From: Fimbriosthenelais zetlandica
Taxonomy: Eukaryota
DNA: 64,000 bases
Reading direction: 5' to 3'
NCBI GenBank assembly: GCA_977030845.1
Contig: OZ365116.1
Coordinates: 19,220,001 to 19,284,000, forward strand
The position numbers and the translations under genes were made by a program. Positions 60,401 to 64,000 of this stretch are shown here, in pieces; the stretch's first letter is position 1, and every line of letters begins with the position of its first letter. Under the pieces are notes generated by a model. It saw only the letters and a program-made list of their open reading frames with translations, was not told the origin of the DNA and did not search any database.

Positions 60401-63400
60401 TTTATATCAAGAATTAACTGCTTACTCAGCAAGTAGGAGGGGCCTTACATGAATAAGGTTTGTAATCTGTGGGAAAAATAAGCGATCACCATGAAAATTT
60501 AATCCATGGTGCTTTGCCCATACGAATACAGTATTAGCGTGGATTCAGGTAATAGTGTGATATGCCTTGGTTTGGAAGTAGATCATCAGTATGTAGATGC
60601 CTGTCACTCTTCATGATGATTCCTGATAAAGCGGTGAGACTTGTGAATGACATGAAGTCCCTTCAGCAAGGAGACATTCAATGAATATCAATCAATGTCT
60701 TAAGAGAAGGACATCTGGTTGTAGAATTACATTTAAATGGACAGATTTGAGACTATAGATTTGTATGCGTAGCGTAGTCTTTAATGGTGGGTGGTGAGGA
60801 ACGAGAGAAGTATTCAAAGTGAGAATTAAATCGTGCTGGGGATTAACAGAGGATCTGATGTAAAATACACATAGCCGCGAGCAAGTATTAACAAACTATG
60901 TTGAGGGACTAGATTTCTGCCTTGATTAAACTATTTAATTCCATACTAGTTCCGTGACGTTCTCTAATCAGAATACGGACAGTATTCTTTCATGGTGTAT
61001 TCCAGGTAATTGTTCCTAATTCAACGTGTGCTGGGGTAGATAGGACGCCTGATTGGCGAGTGGGATAACTTCTAACAGTCCATTAAGCAAGTCTGTCACA
61101 AAGGTTTTAATTGCCTAAAAAAGCCCCAGTAATTGGTTCACTTAACTGGTCAGATGTTCACGTTATTATAGTTCTGGGAATGTTCACTGAAAAGGAAATG
61201 ATATTTCCCGCTAACATACGTATTTGCATCATTGGCAATACGTGTGGATACCAAATGCAAACATTGCCTTTTGATTGATTCTCTTTGGCATGAGATGGAG
61301 TATCATCTAAACTGCCAATCGATTCCTGGAACGTCAAAATTATAAAGGATGAAGATGCAGGAGATAGTGATGCTATTTAATATTTAATGCCATACACGAA
61401 TGACATTCCTGGCATGTTATAATCCATCGGGTTAGATTAAATGCTGCCACTGATCGGATGTCTCCGGGGAAGCATGAATATTGAATATTCCAAATGTGTA
61501 TTGCCTGTTCTTCAAAGAGATAAGCTGGATGCAATTAATATGAAATTATGGGGGAAAGATCATGAATATATTACCATTTTACCTGTAGTCAGAGTGAGCA
61601 GTGGGTTGGGTTACATATTACTGGAGCTGTGCTTTTGTTATCCATAGTTGCCTTAAGTCATTTGGCGTTAAGTTGAGAGAGTAAATCAGAAACTTACCGC
61701 AGGTTCACGTTTGGCATCAAAGACTGGCCTGAAGCGTTCACAGTCAATGCTCCACCAGACACCAAACTCCGTCACCCAGGATGAGTTGAGTGGATGGCCC
61801 TGGGTGAGAATGCCTGATACCACCATCTCCTGGTGTAGATCAACCTGCAAGCTTCAACATTATTATCTTCACCCTTTAATCGTTAATCAATAATTCTAAA
61901 TTGATTTTGCCCAATTTTATCGGTGGTGAATGAGATGCTATTAATATGCAGCTGTCCATACGAGTGAGCTACATTCTCGGCTACCTAGAATTAAACCTAA
62001 TTTGTAAAATGGTCAGACATTCTTAGACATTCCTAAGGATCTTTGACAGACCTGTATCCAGGAAAAGGTAGCCTCCTTGTCATCTGGGTTGTAGGTGTCT
62101 AGCTGACTTTCCCAGGCGTCTGGCTGATGGAGTCGCCCATTGAAAGCGTTACCATCAGAGGCATATAGCCAATAAAATGGCACCGCTCCTGAATTTGCTA
62201 CACCCAGCTTACGTTGACAATGGTTCTCCACTGATGCTATAATAATATTCCCATCGTATATTATTCATGTATTAAATGTACATTACATATATTACTTAAT
62301 CGCTACTACTTGGCAGACCATTGATATTCTTTATTGATATTTTTCTGAATATCCAAAATATTCAGATATAAAGATGCTTACATGAAGGTTAAATAAGGAG
62401 ATCTGTGCAACTTACACGTCTGACCCTGGTGTGTCTGAAACACAAGAATAAGTTTACTTCTTGGGTCTCAATATCACATATAATCATAACTGTAGGCCCT
62501 AGTGTTTTCTGTTATGACGAGAACAAATTTGCCCAACAAACTATATGATCCATAACTTGTTCTGGCTTACATAGATGAATAAAATCATTGTACCAGTGAA
62601 TCCCTATGCATCTTTACCATGCCTTGGACAGCGGTATATATGGGGATGGAATTATGCACTGTGGATTATTTGATGTACTGAGATATATACTCCACAAAAA
62701 TTGAACAGCTCTGCCATAAAACACATGTATGTATTATGGAATCCTCATTAGGACACAGGCAGACTCCTGTAGCGGCACACAATTTGTCTTGATTCCCATG
62801 GTCTTCATTAAGATCACTATGGGAACAATCACATCTATGAGCGGTAATTAGACTGGCATCAGACCTGTATTGCCTATCATTGATTTTAAGTGTAATCAAA
62901 TGCATTTATACTTTGCTGAGAACCAAATTGGTTTCAGCCAGGAATCATGTCTACATTACAAACTTTACTGGGCAAGAACTTATCCTATACGTATGTTTTT
63001 TGGACTGAGGAATCCTTAATATGTTTTATCATTCCATAGATTATTTCAAAATGTCTTCATCCACTCTTTATATCGTTTTTAGGCTACTTCTCAGGGGACC
63101 AATATTTTATTAGAGAAAGTAATGCATTTCGTGAAATTAATTAACAAAGCTTTGCTCCAAAACTTAGACTAATTACTGATGTTATTAACGTGGATAGTAA
63201 AGGTGATCAAAAAGGATAATATTGTTGATTTGGGAGAAATTAATCACGAATTTATGTTGAGGCAGCACAGTTAATTTAATGTTACTATTTGTAACAATCG
63301 AGGTCAAGTTAACATCATATTCCAATTAGAATGGCCTGCTATAATAGAATGGGGCGTGGGAGATCATTTCAGGTCTGTTTATTGCGCTCCATTGGATTTA

Positions 63401-63632
63401 ATCAGGTGAATAGACGCGAAATATAGAATGAATATAATTGGAGATGTAGGCCATCTATTGTTAGTAAATACTATTAGAGAAATGGTATTGGATGAAGACC
63501 AGTGAAGTTTCTCACCTGAACTATGTCGGTTGGTTTAGAGTTGACGGCCGGGTTAAACACTTGTAGTAATAGAATGATGAGGGGAATGAGATGGTCATGG
63601 TAGACACCGTGCAGCAGCAGAAGGCGCAGCAT
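54450..63632 (-). CDS. Gene A: mosaic serine protease, signal peptide + 2 F5/8 type C (discoidin) domains + trypsin domain, 629 aa, 13 coding exons
   Basis: Exons 63632-63516, 62434-62416, 62236-62052, 61844-61698, 60029-59891 (WIQVDL…TQG…FHGNFD…ARCIRI…LRMELLGC), 59644-59490, 59054-58914, 58785-58629 (second, diverged discoidin), 57890-57692 (KR|VVGG…AAHC), 57469-57303, 57045-56881 (NDIAL…GWG), 56772-56636 (KDSC), 54611-54450 (GDSGGP…PGVY, stop TGA). All GT-AG and phase-consistent, total 1890 nt. The first two exons are the least certain. Confidence 0.85.
57037..57084. repeat. Exact 24-bp tandem duplication spanning a splice acceptor of gene A
   Basis: AGGATACATCTGTAAGTGATAAAT at 57037 and 57061. 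Confidence 0.95.
57235..57268. repeat. Short direct repeat (period 19) in the same gene A intron
   Basis: CCTCAGTATCTAGTA (57235) and CCTCGGTATCTAGTA (57254). Confidence 0.8.
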
Positions 63633-64000
63633 TTTTCCTCTCCTCTGTGTTTGGTAGAGTTCAACAGTTGTTTAGAGGAAAACCTTAAAGGGGAGAGGAG
63701 TCAAAAGGGCATGTTGTCCTGTCTGAAGATTGAAAGAAGAAAGACATAGCTGAAGTAGAGAGAGCACAGGGAGAGAGAAAGACGATCAGAATATCAGCTG
63801 TCTCTAGTTTGCTTGCTTTGGAATCAGAAGGAAACAGATGGAAGTAGTCAGAGATATTTTATTATGTTGGGATGTGTGAGTTGTCAGACGTTGTCCCCGC
63901 TTTATAGGGCTCTCTACATGGGTAAGGGTTCTCGGTTTGGGAAGCTCACGTTGGGGCTCTACGTGTGTTATTACTAACATGGATGTGGACGGCAGTAATT

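Noticed and set aside
62666-62905. Cys-rich minus-strand ORF (CDCSH…[11 protein letters not shown]) inside gene A intron 1, EGF-like at first sight
   Set aside because: No phase-compatible donor/acceptor pair found, and the gene model is complete and in frame without it.

Overview
AT-rich eukaryotic (animal, probably invertebrate) genomic DNA with GT-AG introns. The species cannot be identified from sequence alone. The first ~28 kb is mostly non-coding: one intact tRNA-Ala(AGC), a MITE-like element, decayed ORF remnants and a TAGGCCTA cluster. The remaining ~35 kb holds four spliced genes, assembled by hand with phase-consistent splice sites. (D) A + strand orphan, low-complexity protein (~29.1-31.0 kb). 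(C) A - strand secreted trypsin-family protease of 312 aa with an intact triad but Tyr193 and Thr215 (34480-41734). (B) A + strand secreted fibrinogen-related protein (FReP) of 386 aa with a coiled coil and a very acidic, Tyr-rich C-terminal tail (50280-53367). (A) A - strand 629-aa mosaic protease: signal peptide, two F5/8-type-C (discoidin) domains and a trypsin domain, with a furin-type activation site (54450-63632). The most interesting signal is the FReP sitting between two paralogous proteases with extended 60-loops. This suggests, as a hypothesis only, a co-located protease/fibrinogen-domain module for clotting, wound sealing or immunity. Gene models come from manual splice-site reading and have no transcript support.
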